Under the pieces are notes generated by a model. It saw only the letters and a program-made list of their open reading frames with translations. It was not told where the DNA came from and did not search any database. The translations under genes and the position numbers were made by a program. DNA of 64,000 bases from Cycas panzhihuaensis (Eukaryota > Plantae > Cycadophyta). The stretch covers positions 94,929,741 through 94,993,740 of the forward strand of contig CM041465.1 in assembly GCA_023213395.1 (NCBI GenBank), written 5' to 3'. Shown piece by piece: positions 12,701 through 23,939 of this stretch (positions within the stretch are counted from its first letter, which is position 1; the number at the start of each line of letters is the position of its first letter).

Positions 12701-14875
12701 TTATAGCAGTACATGCTTTTACATCATATAAGATGGGATGAGACATTAGTCTGTATAGATCATTATATTCTACTCCTTTTGCAACTAGCTTCCCATTATT
12801 TTTCATGTCATATATATAGAAAAATCCCTTTTCATCAAAGAGTGTACTCATTCCCTTCTTTTTTAGTTGGGCGACAGAGAGGAGATTCATTTTTAGATCT
12901 GGTACCAGGAGGACATCACCTATTTTTTCTACCTTGTCTTCAATTTTTACAACTATTATTCCTACTCCCTTGATTTTGAAGGAGTATTTGTCTCCAAGCT
13001 CCATAGATTTGTTTGCAGTGTAGGGCTGTAAATCTTTAAACCACTCTTCTTGACTGGTCATGTGACATGATGCTCTAGAGTCAATGTACCAGACTTCTTT
13101 ATCTTGTAAGCTTGTTGTTAGAGCAACGATAAAGGCTATTGCTTCTTCTTCATATTGGTCATTATTGTTGGTTTGCTCTTTGTTGTAATTCCCCATTGGC
13201 TTCTTCCCTCTCTGAGTATCACAACTATAACATATGATGTTTCTTCCTCTTCCTCTTGGATCTGACCACCGTCCTCGTGATGTGATGCCTGATTCTTGCC
13301 GACCTCATGCTGATCCATAGTACTCAATATTTCTTCCACGTCCTCTACTTCGACCTTGGGATCCTAGATTCAACTTGGATGCAAAGGCATCCTCGAGATT
13401 TGTAGTGTCTTCATACCTTTTATTTCTTTGTTCTTGTTGCAGGAGCGACCACATTAAAGAGTCCAAAGACATAGTTGCCAATTGACTGGAGTTTATGATA
13501 GTAGTGATTATGACATCAAATGATCTGGGTAACTTACTAACAATAAGTTCAACCAGATTTCGTTTAGTGAGAGGATCACCGGCGTTAATAAGGTTGTTTC
13601 TCAAAGAGATTACTTTATGTAGAAATTCTGTAATAGTTTTAGACTCTTTCATTTACAGGTTGAACAATTCAGCTTTCAGGGTTATTATTTTTGCCTTATT
13701 TTTTTTACTATACATGTTCTCCAGATACTGCCATATACTAGCAGTGGACTACAGATTTTCAATGTAGACAAGAAGTGAATCAGAAATGGACAACTTAAGT
13801 ATAATAACCCTTGTACTATCCCTTTCTTCCCAATTCATTTGAGTGGCTCCTGCTTCCTTTGGCTTTTGCTTAGATCCAATGGCAATTTGCCAGGCATTTT
13901 TGGCCCTAAGTAGAGTCTCTATTTTAATTTTCCAAATGTGATAATTGCTATCAGTTAATTTGTCACCATCAGATAAAGCAAGCACAGAAGTTGCTATGAG
14001 AATCTCACAACTAGGTTTTGGAAGCCCTAGGCTGTACTTTTATATGGATTTCCATATGGTACAGAAATTATACGGATGGGTATGAATGATACCTCAAAAG
14101 AAAGATATAAATGTGAGGAGTTCAGATCTGCAATCGCTTTTTGATTTGGTCTGTTAATCTGAGAGAAACTGCCCTTGAAAGGGTACGGTCGATGCCCTCA
14201 TTTTAGAGGAAAAGTGCTTGAAATACCAGATGAAATTACTTCAAACAGAGGTGCAATACTCCAACAATGAAGTCTTGAAGAAGATCTAAGTGAAAAACTG
14301 TGAAAATTTTGAAAAAATTTCACTTGCAAGGTTAAACATGGCACAGACCTGAAAATGGGCAAAAACACCCTGAAAACATCTTCAAATCAATTCGGCTCAC
14401 AAGAGAGAAATGTTTAGGACGACCCGATCTACAAACTGGCCAAGTTTCATCTCGATCTGAGTACTTGAAAATTTTGGCCGTACGGTGGTACCAATCTATA
14501 CAGGTGCCTCTAGAAACTTCCTGCAATTTCTGAAAGTCTTTTCCTATAATTTCTGAAAGTCTTTGCCTTGCCTTTGATCTTATGTCAAGATGCCTCCTTA
14601 TTTGAGTACTAAAGAATTTCTTCAATTTGACTTATAAACTCCTGAATCTAAATACCATGTTGGGAATAGCCTTCGTAGGAATGAAAGAATCTTGATCATT
14701 AATGCTCAATGTATACATATATATACAATGAGAAGTTTCAACTACCTAATAACTATCAAACCTAATTATGACACATGTCCAACACTTAATTACCTTTCAT
14801 TAAGGTGGACTTATGTCCTAATACATTTATGTCTTAACACCCTTATGTCCTAAGATAAAATATTATACTCTAATA
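9795..14875 (-). mobile_element. Element C: near full-length Ty1/copia, 218-bp LTRs
   Basis: LTRs 9795-10012 and 14658-14875 (10 differences by eye); TSD ATTTA; decayed iMet PBS 14646-14657; PPT 10013-10021. Confidence 0.97.
10028..13985 (-). pseudogene. gag-pol of C (interrupted)
   Basis: KLTDSNYHIWKIKIE (gag), WYIDSRASCHM (PR), WHFKYGH / CKDCQFGKQHR (IN Zn), LRSDGGGEY (IN), QLDVKSAFLNG (RT), YRQLVGSLIYL; several stops. Confidence 0.95.
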
Positions 14876-16738
14876 ATTTATTCATGTAAAATCTTGATAT
14901 ACCTATATAATTTTTCCTTCACAATAAAAATTAAACTTTGATCCTCATTGATTGATCAATTCATCTTTATTATGATCAATTTTTTGATTGGTTCTACGTA
15001 TTTTTATCTGTCTATTATTCGTGTAATTATCTTTCGCGCTTTTTCTTGTTGATTTTTTTCTTTTACAATATTTTAGTTTAATTTAATTAGATTAAAATTT
15101 ACTTTTAAATTTGTCTATAACCCCTCTTAGTTCATAGTCATTGGTTCTATTAAAGTCTGTATGACCCTGGTTTATTTATAAAGGGGTAGTTTCTAAAGGT
15201 TAATAAATTATTTTTAATAATTTTGGATTTTGAGAGATTGAATTCTTTTTTATATTTTTTGGATTCTATTATCCCCCTTCATAGGCTAGCAGTAGGTCAC
15301 ATGCACTATCCAGGTAACTGGAGGCTCTAGTGAAAAGGGGCTTAAGACCCTTCCTTTCTTCAATTTTGTACCATAAGTGATAGGCTTCACTATTTTTCTA
15401 ATATCTCCCTATCTAGGAGTCTATTTTTTGAATGGTTGGATTCATTGGAAAGTTAACTCAATGATTTACATACTGAAGTTGGTTTCATACTAATTTGAAG
15501 CTCTTATGTAGGTGTTTTAGGCTACTAAAATTATCCCTCCTATTTGATCTTATTTTGAGCTTCTTTCATCATTTTTTAAGCAATTTATTGAAGGATATTC
15601 ATGTCATATTGATATACTAACCTGCTTTGGTAGATTTCACCTTAAATTTCAAGTCTTATATATGCTTTTTTGGCTAAATATTTTGTAGATTTACCCTTGA
15701 AGAAAAAGGCAACCATTTGGATAACATTTTACAAACAAAGAGCTTTCTAACCCTTAATTTACTTCATTTCAAGCCTTTTATTTCATTTTATTTCATTTAT
15801 AGCTCATTCAATTTCATTTTAAGGCTCATATTAAGCTCATTTTAGTTTATTTAAAGGTTATTTTATTTCATTATTAAAGATCATTCTAAAGCTTATTTTT
15901 AAAAAAATTATTACACTTCAAAGCTCATATAGAGTTTATTTTATGGCATTTTGAAGCTCATTTAAAGGCTCACTTTATTTCTTTTTCATTTCATGACATT
16001 TTAGAGCTCTTTTACTTTATTTAAAAGGTTCATTTTATCTCATATTTACATCAATTAAAAGCTTATTTCATTTCATTCTTGTTATATTTTTTCAAGTTGG
16101 TTTTATTTGCTATTAAAAGGAACCTTATTTGTTAACAAGACTATATCTAAAATTAAATTTTACATTAAAAAGATAACTTTCCAAATGAACACCCTTTTTC
16201 TAACCTTATAAGGGGAATAATTAGGACCCCTTAAGTTACCGCCCCACACACGATCTTAGCCTACTCATATTAGATGAGGAACATCATTAACTATTAGGTG
16301 TAATAGGTGGTAGGATGAGGTGGAATACCCTATCTTTTTGGAATTTATAGACTAGGATAGACCCAAGGGGGTGAGTGTATTGGTTTGAAAAGCTTTCACC
16401 ACTAGATTTATTTCTAAGCATAAGTCTAATAAAGGTGGATCAACAGATCAAGTGGTTCTTATATCTTCTTAATAGTCTATGTACTGAGGTATATAGAGCC
16501 TAGTGGTTACATACTGGTCCCTGATTTTTCACTTGTAGGCAGGCACCACTAGACAGGATAGTAACCAAAATATTCCCTTCAAGATTCTTAAACTTAGAGC
16601 CTAGAAACCATTAGGTACCTAGGATATATAAACATTTGTACCTTGGGCACATTTGAATATTTTCTCATATAAACATTTGTATTTTCTTTGGATTATATAT
16701 TAAAGTTCTTCTTTATAATGACAATAAATTTTTATAAT

Positions 16739-17563
16739 ATGATCATACATATATTTGATGGTACTAACATTCTACATTAGAGTAAAATGATGAAATCAAT
16801 TTTTATAGCTAAAAATTTGTGGGAGTTTATGAAGGATACTTATGATTACTTAGGTGACAATGCTACCTCATATCAGAAACAAGCTTATAAAGAATATGAG
16901 AGAAAGGATAATGAAGCACTAGCATTAATATTATGTGCTTTGGAAGACCATATATTTTCTAGTATAAGTGAAATGACTAGATCAAAGGATGCATGGGATA
17001 CCTTGAAAATGATTTATGTAGGAGCCACATTTACTAAAAAAGGTAATGTATCCATCATAAGAGAATTAGAAGAAATAAGATATATTGATAATGTGTTGCA
17101 TGAAGATCTACTATCTATAGGATAGATGATGGAATAGGACTACAATGTTGTGTTTGATAATGGTGAGTATACTATTACCCTAAAAGACTCCATCAAAGAA
17201 GATGATTACTATAAGGTAGAAGTTGAGAAAGATAAAGGTTCTAATGGAGTTAGATCTTCCATATCTAGTCTAAATGTTCAAAAATGGGTCTAAAGACAAC
17301 ATGACCTAATAAATATGCATGACAACAACTTTGAAAGGAGATTCACATGCTCTAATAGGGTCAACCTTACTTTACTAAGCCAAGTTCTAGAACCACATGA
17401 GTCCCACACTCTTAAAGAGACCAACATTACAAAGGAATCAGTACAGGATGGTGATATTAAATTTGTCTATTACATAGCAAAGGAATAAGTAGTATATATC
17501 TTTCCTAAGGTCCTTGGAAAGTTCAAGTTTAATAAATTTAGAGATAAGCTTGGAGTTACATAA
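16739..17563 (+). pseudogene. Mosaic mini-polyprotein of D (gag N-terminus, post-protease piece, IN-RT linker, RNase H tail) in one frame
   Basis: MIIHIFDGTNILH*SKMMKSIFIAKNLW...SKDAWDTLKMIYVG / KKGNVSI..IDNVLHEDLLSIG*..VVFDNGEYTI / KWV..RVNLTLLSQVLEPHESHTLKE / VQDGDIKFVYYIAKE*VVYIFPKVLGKFKFNKFRDKLGVT; all stops TAG/TAA. Confidence 0.85.
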
Positions 17564-20029
17564 AATGAACATTATGGGGGAGAATGTCAAAAATAATATT
17601 CATTTTCTCTAAGGAGTATACATAGTGACATTGGAACTCTATAGGGACATCTTTAGCCATCATCAACTAACCTAGGTAATAGGTATATATTTTTATATTT
17701 ATTTTTTATTATTTTTTTATTTAAAAAAAGGTGTCAGTTGATGGAGGACTTTCCCAACATCTCAACTATAAATATAGAGTTCAAATGATCAATGGTGTTC
17801 TTTAACACCACCCTCTATTGGAATGTTGTTGATTTTTTGTCATTATGGCATTATAACTTGTTCTACTCTATCCCTATGTACTCTTCAAGAACTATTCCTA
17901 AAATATAATCAAAATTCTTGCGTATTGATTGACCAATTCCTAATCTATTTTTCTCATTAAAATTCTAAATAGGATAAGAGAAATAATGCCAAAAAACTCT
18001 ATAAGATCATTAAAACTTTAAAAAAATAAAATTAAATTAAAAGGAAGGAAATGACCTACCTTATAGTCTTTCATTTATAGAATCCATTAATTGATAATTT
18101 CATCATCAAAATGAAGCTCCAATATGGCTAAAATAGAGCAACTTACTAATATGGATGTTAATAAAAGTACAATGGAGAAATAATCTAGAAATGATTTAAA
18201 ATCAATTTCTCATATAATCTTAGCAGAATTTTTATTTCACCTACAGGATTTTGAGCATAAAAAGGGGTGAAAATACTTAGAACCCTATTAAGGAAAGGTT
18301 TAAGTCTTCTTAGTTTGTACTCTTAAGACAAGCCACTCACCTCCTTAGAGAGCTCTTTAGTACTAGGGCTAGATGTGTGGACTTCTATAGGTTATAAATA
18401 GGAACCTATATAATTAAGATTCCCTTACTTTTGAATGAGAAATAAGAAAATAACCTAAATATAAATAATTATCAACATCATAAGAGCAATCTAATGTACC
18501 CTACATAAGCAAATTAAATGACAAGCTATCTACTACTTTAACAAGAAAAGAAAAAAAATGCATAAGTGAAATATACCAACTTACCTACAAGAAGATGCTT
18601 ACTTGAAGAGAGTGATAGGATGTGCCTTAAATTCGTGTTATAATGACCTTAATATCTCTAATCCAAAGCTCCAACAAATCACAAGAAGTAAGGGAACGAG
18701 CTTTGAAATAAGAAGAGTAGTAGGAATGAAGAATAATACATGAAGAAAAAGGAGAGATTTGAAGAAGATATAGCCAAAGGAAGAAAAGGATAAGAGGTTG
18801 AGTGTATATAGCCCCAAGTCCTCAATTTCTTTAGTTAATGAATAGGGATCAAACTTTAAAATAGGCTCCTATAAGATGCAAGTGATGGTCACAAGGGATG
18901 AATCCAAAATTTGATAGTACTTCATTTTATAAGTTATTCTCCTCCTCCTTGTGAAGAAAATGAATCAGTTTTTATAAAGCAAAAATGAAGAGGAGTAGTT
19001 ATAAAATTAGGGGAAATTAGGGTTGTAGTTTCTTACAAACTAATATCTATATGATGGAAATAAATAACTAGTCATTATATATATATATATATATATATTT
19101 AATGTGGGAACATAAAATATATAACCTATAGTGAAAAGCTTGAGTTATATTAAAAAATACAAGCTAAAATATACTAAAAATGTGAGCTACTCATAGGTCA
19201 TATTTTATGTTATATGTAGGTCATGTTTCAAAAAATAGGTCATATTTTTTGGTAGGCCTAGAAAATACAACCTACAATAAAAAATATGACTTGGAACAAT
19301 TGCTAAAAATTAGAGATTTTGTTACAAAAATTTAAGAAAAATAGGATAGTATTTGGTAAAAAAGTAAAATATAAAGCTAACAAAGGGGTACATGAAGTAG
19401 AGTGAGGATTTCAAGAGGCAAAATGAGTAAAAAGAAGTGAAACTTATTAAGTAAAAGTGAGTGCTGAAAGAGTACAATATAAAGGCAAGGTAGATATTTG
19501 GAAGAAGTTGGAATAAGCCACTTTTATGATCTTTGCATTATAAGCAATAATAGTTAAGCACAAGCATAATTTGTGTGAGATCTTTCAACTATCATACCAA
19601 GTAATCTATTAAATCACCATGAAATTATATAATCAAGCCCTAACAACAAATAGGATAAGGTAAAGTACCTCGCTAATTTCAAAAGAAGATGTGGTTAATT
19701 AAAACTTTTGCCTCCTTAGTAATGGAAGCTCCATAAACATATTAAAGTAAGATGGTGAATATTGCTAACGTTGCCAAAACTAATTTGTTCAAGAACCTAA
19801 GTTACCTAAGCTATTCATTAAGTTACTTATAAGGATGAGAATGTGACTAATTACAAAATGGACAAATGAGGTGAAAGGGTGAGGTTGATTGTCAAGCCTT
19901 GACACAATCCCACCTATTTTCCTAAACTAACTACTTAAAAATAAATACTTAAGTTTTTTTAATTTTTTGTTACTTTTACTTTTTTATTATTAATTACAAA
20001 TGTAAATGACATATATATAAGGATGTATC

Positions 20030-20380
20030 AACCGTAGTTTAGCCTTATTAGTGGTTGATTTTTAGAGGTTTGGCACCCACCATAGTTTTACCTCATTAGT
20101 GGTTGATTTTCAAAGGTTTGGCCAATATAGTTTAGCCTCTTTAGTGACCATCCCATATCTTGTAAGTGAGTAAGGCTATGGTCTCAAAGATACTACAACT
20201 ATCATGAGGATGTGATAGGGATTACCATAATTTAGGATATTTAGTAGATAAATTTTTAGAGCCATAGTTTATTCTCATTCTAGAGGAGTAAACCATCTTA
20301 TAGGATTTGGAGGAATCTACCATAGTTTAAGGTCTTTAGTAGATGGATTTCTCAGAGCTATAGTTTATGCTTATTACAAA
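20030..20380. repeat. Degenerate tandem repeats (unit ~36-48 bp, core CCATAGTTTAG.CTC.TTAGT) in the 3' UTR of F
   Basis: About 7 copies here and more at ~22235-22350; such arrays are typical of Tat/Ogre 3' UTRs. Confidence 0.75.
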
Positions 20381-20479
20381 GGGGTAATGCTCCCAAGCAT
20401 GAGCATTGAGGGGGTAATCAACTTATACTCATGTTCAAAGTGATAAATACCCCATCTCAAAATAATAGGGCTATATGTA

Positions 20480-20873
20480 ATGGTAATTGGGTATATAGGA
20501 AACAAATGGGTTATATTCAATATTTTGGCTATACAAAATATGTTGAATAGTAATAAATATAAATTACATCATTAAAAGGGTAACACTGATGAGTAATTAC
20601 ATAAGTATCTTGAGTAATCTTGATAGACATGAGAGAGTTGGTAAACCATGATTTGAGAATCTAAGAAAAGGTTAATCAATACATTATAAAATTAGAGAAC
20701 ATTAATGAATGCTCCTATGAAAGCCAAATAGTCTACTATATTATTGGTTTCTCATAGTATGAAGAATCTAACACTAGTGAGAAGACCACACCTTTGGTCA
20801 TGCATAACCCATGCCATAGCAAAAACCCCAAGATTCCCTTCACTCCCACCATTAGTATAGATGTTCAAAGCCA
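20480..20873 (-). pseudogene. Decayed additional ('archaeal-type', aRH) RNase H domain of F
   Basis: LNIYTNGGSEGNLG...HDQRCGLL...ETNNIVDYLAFIGAF...LFLDSQIMVYQL matches RNase HI motifs DG.S.GNPG / TNN.AEY.A / DSQL.V.Q. Confidence 0.8.
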
Positions 20874-22102
20874 TATGGGAGAAAGGAAAAAAACTTATAG
20901 ATAATCTAATGAATAAGGGGAGAATATAGTATTTAGCTATCAAGGGTGTGACTTAGTTTAGATGTCTTCACTTTAACTATATAATTATGAGGAGAATAAA
21001 CCCCCATAATTTGTTTTATCATTGTAACTTCCCTTTTCAAAGCCACCACATAGAACCTCTTGAGTGTTAAATAGGTTTTGATCATAATTGAGGCCATAAT
21101 AGGCCTAAGTAATTGGATTTAAAACTCTTAAATAACACACACAATTAGATCTAAACTACATGTTGTACGTGGGGATGACGTCAATATGTAGCTCACCCTA
21201 GATACTAAGAAGTTGTAAATGTCCATGTGTATGTGTATGGACATTTTCTCTTTTCTTCTTTATTTGTCTTTTTTTTCCCTTTCCTTTTCTTTTCTTTAGG
21301 GAAGGGTATCACTCCATATGACCATTCAAACAAGGGTTATGGTGAATTTAGCATCATTGAACCTATTTTATAGATGACACATCTCACCTGCCCTCATACT
21401 TGGTAAGGGATATGTTAACTACAATTGTCACGTAATCTTCATCGAGGTGTGGTGGATGGGGATGATCAATAGTTTTAAATAGTATAGTTATAATTAACCA
21501 AGTCATGGAGCATTAAGATCAAAAGAAACATGGGTAATAAATAGGCTAAGGGCATGCCCTTGAGAGATGAACTACGACCATTTACAAAAAGTTTCATTAA
21601 AGTGTTTTAATGGTAAAAGGGAAAGCCTTGAATGACTAGCTATTAAGGAATAGAGGGGTATAACCTATGGGGCTTGCTTAAGCATTAAGTACATAATGCA
21701 TTGAGAGAGGAAGAAGTAATCTAAATTTAGTCATATATTACTACTTAGGGAACTAAAGATCCTAAAGATCACTTATATATTATTAAAAATGAGTAGGAGT
21801 ATTGTTAAGAGCTTGACATGTCATTTGCCTAAGAGGATAAAGAATTCTTCAATTATCAAATAGGTATGAGAGGAGTTGTTCATTAGATAAGTGAAATGAG
21901 AGGAGGGAAGATATCTAACTGACTTGCAAGTAGAAGAAGCTACTAGGGTAGGATATAGTATCAAATGGAGAAGTTGACTACCTAGGCCCATAATTGAAAA
22001 CTATCACATTTACTTGAGCTAGGTGACAAGGTTTTGGGAGGCCTAAGATTATGAACAAAGTTATGCAAGGGATAGAGACAAATCTATTTTTGTTATTTTA
22101 TG

Positions 22103-22118
22103 AATGTGTGTATGTGTA

Positions 22119-22158
<40 letters not shown>

Positions 22159-22171
22159 TGTGTGTGTGTGT
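22103..22171. repeat. (TG)n microsatellite
   Basis: Directly visible, with a few TA interruptions. Confidence 0.97.
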
Positions 22172-23939
22172 ATTTTTAGAAAATGATATACTCTTCCAAG
22201 TGCGAGTCTTAGTGTGGAGGAAGTATCTAGCTTACCATAGTTTAGGCTCTTTAGTAGTCAGGTTTTCAGAGTTGTAGTTTAGGATTATTACAAAGTAAGG
22301 TTCCAGTTTAGGCTTATGGGTAGAGCAAGCCATAGTTTAGGCTCATTATAGAGTAAAGGTCTAAATGAATAAAAACTCTATTATAATGAGGAAATCCCTC
22401 AATAAAGGATGAAGCCTCAAACTTTACCATACAAGTAAGAAACTAGTTATCAAAGTATAAAGGAAAGAAAGTTTAGAGTAAACACCTCATAATGGGGTAA
22501 GGGGCCACATCAAGATGTAATGTCCCTATGGGTAAAAACCTCAAAATCAGGTAATGAGCCACATTGAGATGTAATGGCCCCATGTAATTATAATCTCAAG
22601 TGAAACTAAGACATAACTTATTAAAGGGATCCTTGGAGAAATTATTCTTCTCAAGAGTAGGGTATAATAAAGTCCTTCACTTACTAATTTGCTTTAAACT
22701 AGTAACTATTATTTCTCCTAATAGCATTATATTCCTTGTGTCAAAGGAAAATAGAATCAACTTAGTAGGGATGAAGAATTGAAGGCTATTAAGTATATTA
22801 TGCCTTTAAAAAGAAGGGTAGGCAACTTATTTAAAAATAGTCTTAGCCTCACAAGAATGTTACACAGGATGTTTATGCATTAACAGTGGACTATACAAAA
22901 TCAACTCATGACAACAATTAGGATGGATTAAAGGAGTATCTTATGAAGGCCTCACAAGGGCTATTCCAACCTTAATAGGATATAATGATAAAGAGACCTC
23001 TTCATAATATAATTAAGGCTAATGTAGGGCACTAAATGTCATAGGAATAAAATCAAGCCAACAATTCTTCAAGAGAAAGCACCCTGAATCATTGTAAAAA
23101 AGACTCCATGAAGGATTTAAAAAAGTGGGTAGGAAAAAGACCTCATGCCTAACTAAAGAATATGGGGGTTTGACTTAGCTTGTATAACCCTAACTTTCCT
23201 CCGTAGACGTGTGGTGGAGGCTAAGGTAAGTACTCGTGGGATTGTCCCTAATGTCTATTATGAAACATGTGAAGTAAGCACATATACAACCAAGTTAGTA
23301 GGAGTGTTAAATCTAACCTAGCTAAGAGAAAGACCTTGTAAATTAGGTTTAACCCCCAAGAAAGTATTTATAGTAGATTGATCAGAAGTGGGAATGGATA
23401 AAATGATCTCATCATCTTAGGGTAGGATCTCTTCATGAGGAACAGGGTGAAAATATAAATCAAAGGCAGTTAGATCTTGTAATGAGGGAATGAGGCTATG
23501 AGAGATGACATCCATAAGGGTGGCTATCTCATGAGAAGGAACCGTCTAGAGAGAGGAAATCCATTCAAGTTGCACTAGCAAATCAAATTGAGATTCTATA
23601 CTTGGTTGGGATGTAGTGTGATTAAGGAAATTGATAATCAAGGATGGAGTTCCAATTAATTAAGTAGGCAAGATAGTTTTAATATGATTACGAGGAGTAA
23701 TCATATGCAAAAGTAGTGGTGATCATATGAATTTATTTTACTTCCTCCTAGTTATGTTAGAGCATAGATTTTATGTCAAAATATTACCTAAACCCTAAAG
23801 AGATAAATGGAGAGGAAGATACTCTCTCTTCTTAGATGGTCTTGACTAATGAGATAGATTTTTGAATGGATTTTCTCTTATGTTTAATGATATTGATCTT
23901 GACTTTATAAAAAAACTTGAGCTTACTAAATAATAAGGA

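Larger units (their letters stand above)
8656..17887 (+). mobile_element. Element D: non-autonomous copia derivative with 303-bp LTRs, inserted in the F LTR, interrupted by C
   Basis: LTRs 8656-8958 and 17585-17887; PBS TGGTTTTAGAGC (8961-8972, decayed iMet TGGTATCAGAGC); PPT TGGGGGAGAA; decayed TSD AGCAT/AGAAC; empty site visible at ~41485. Confidence 0.88.

Noticed and set aside
12217-13767. + strand ORFs overlapping C (also 24795-25064, 34914-35225, 37068-37364)
   Set aside because: Antisense shadows of gag-pol reading frames
20030-22590. Repeat-spacer-like pattern suggesting a CRISPR array
   Set aside because: Units are degenerate with related spacers, no cas genes, eukaryotic context; ordinary Tat/Ogre 3' UTR repeats
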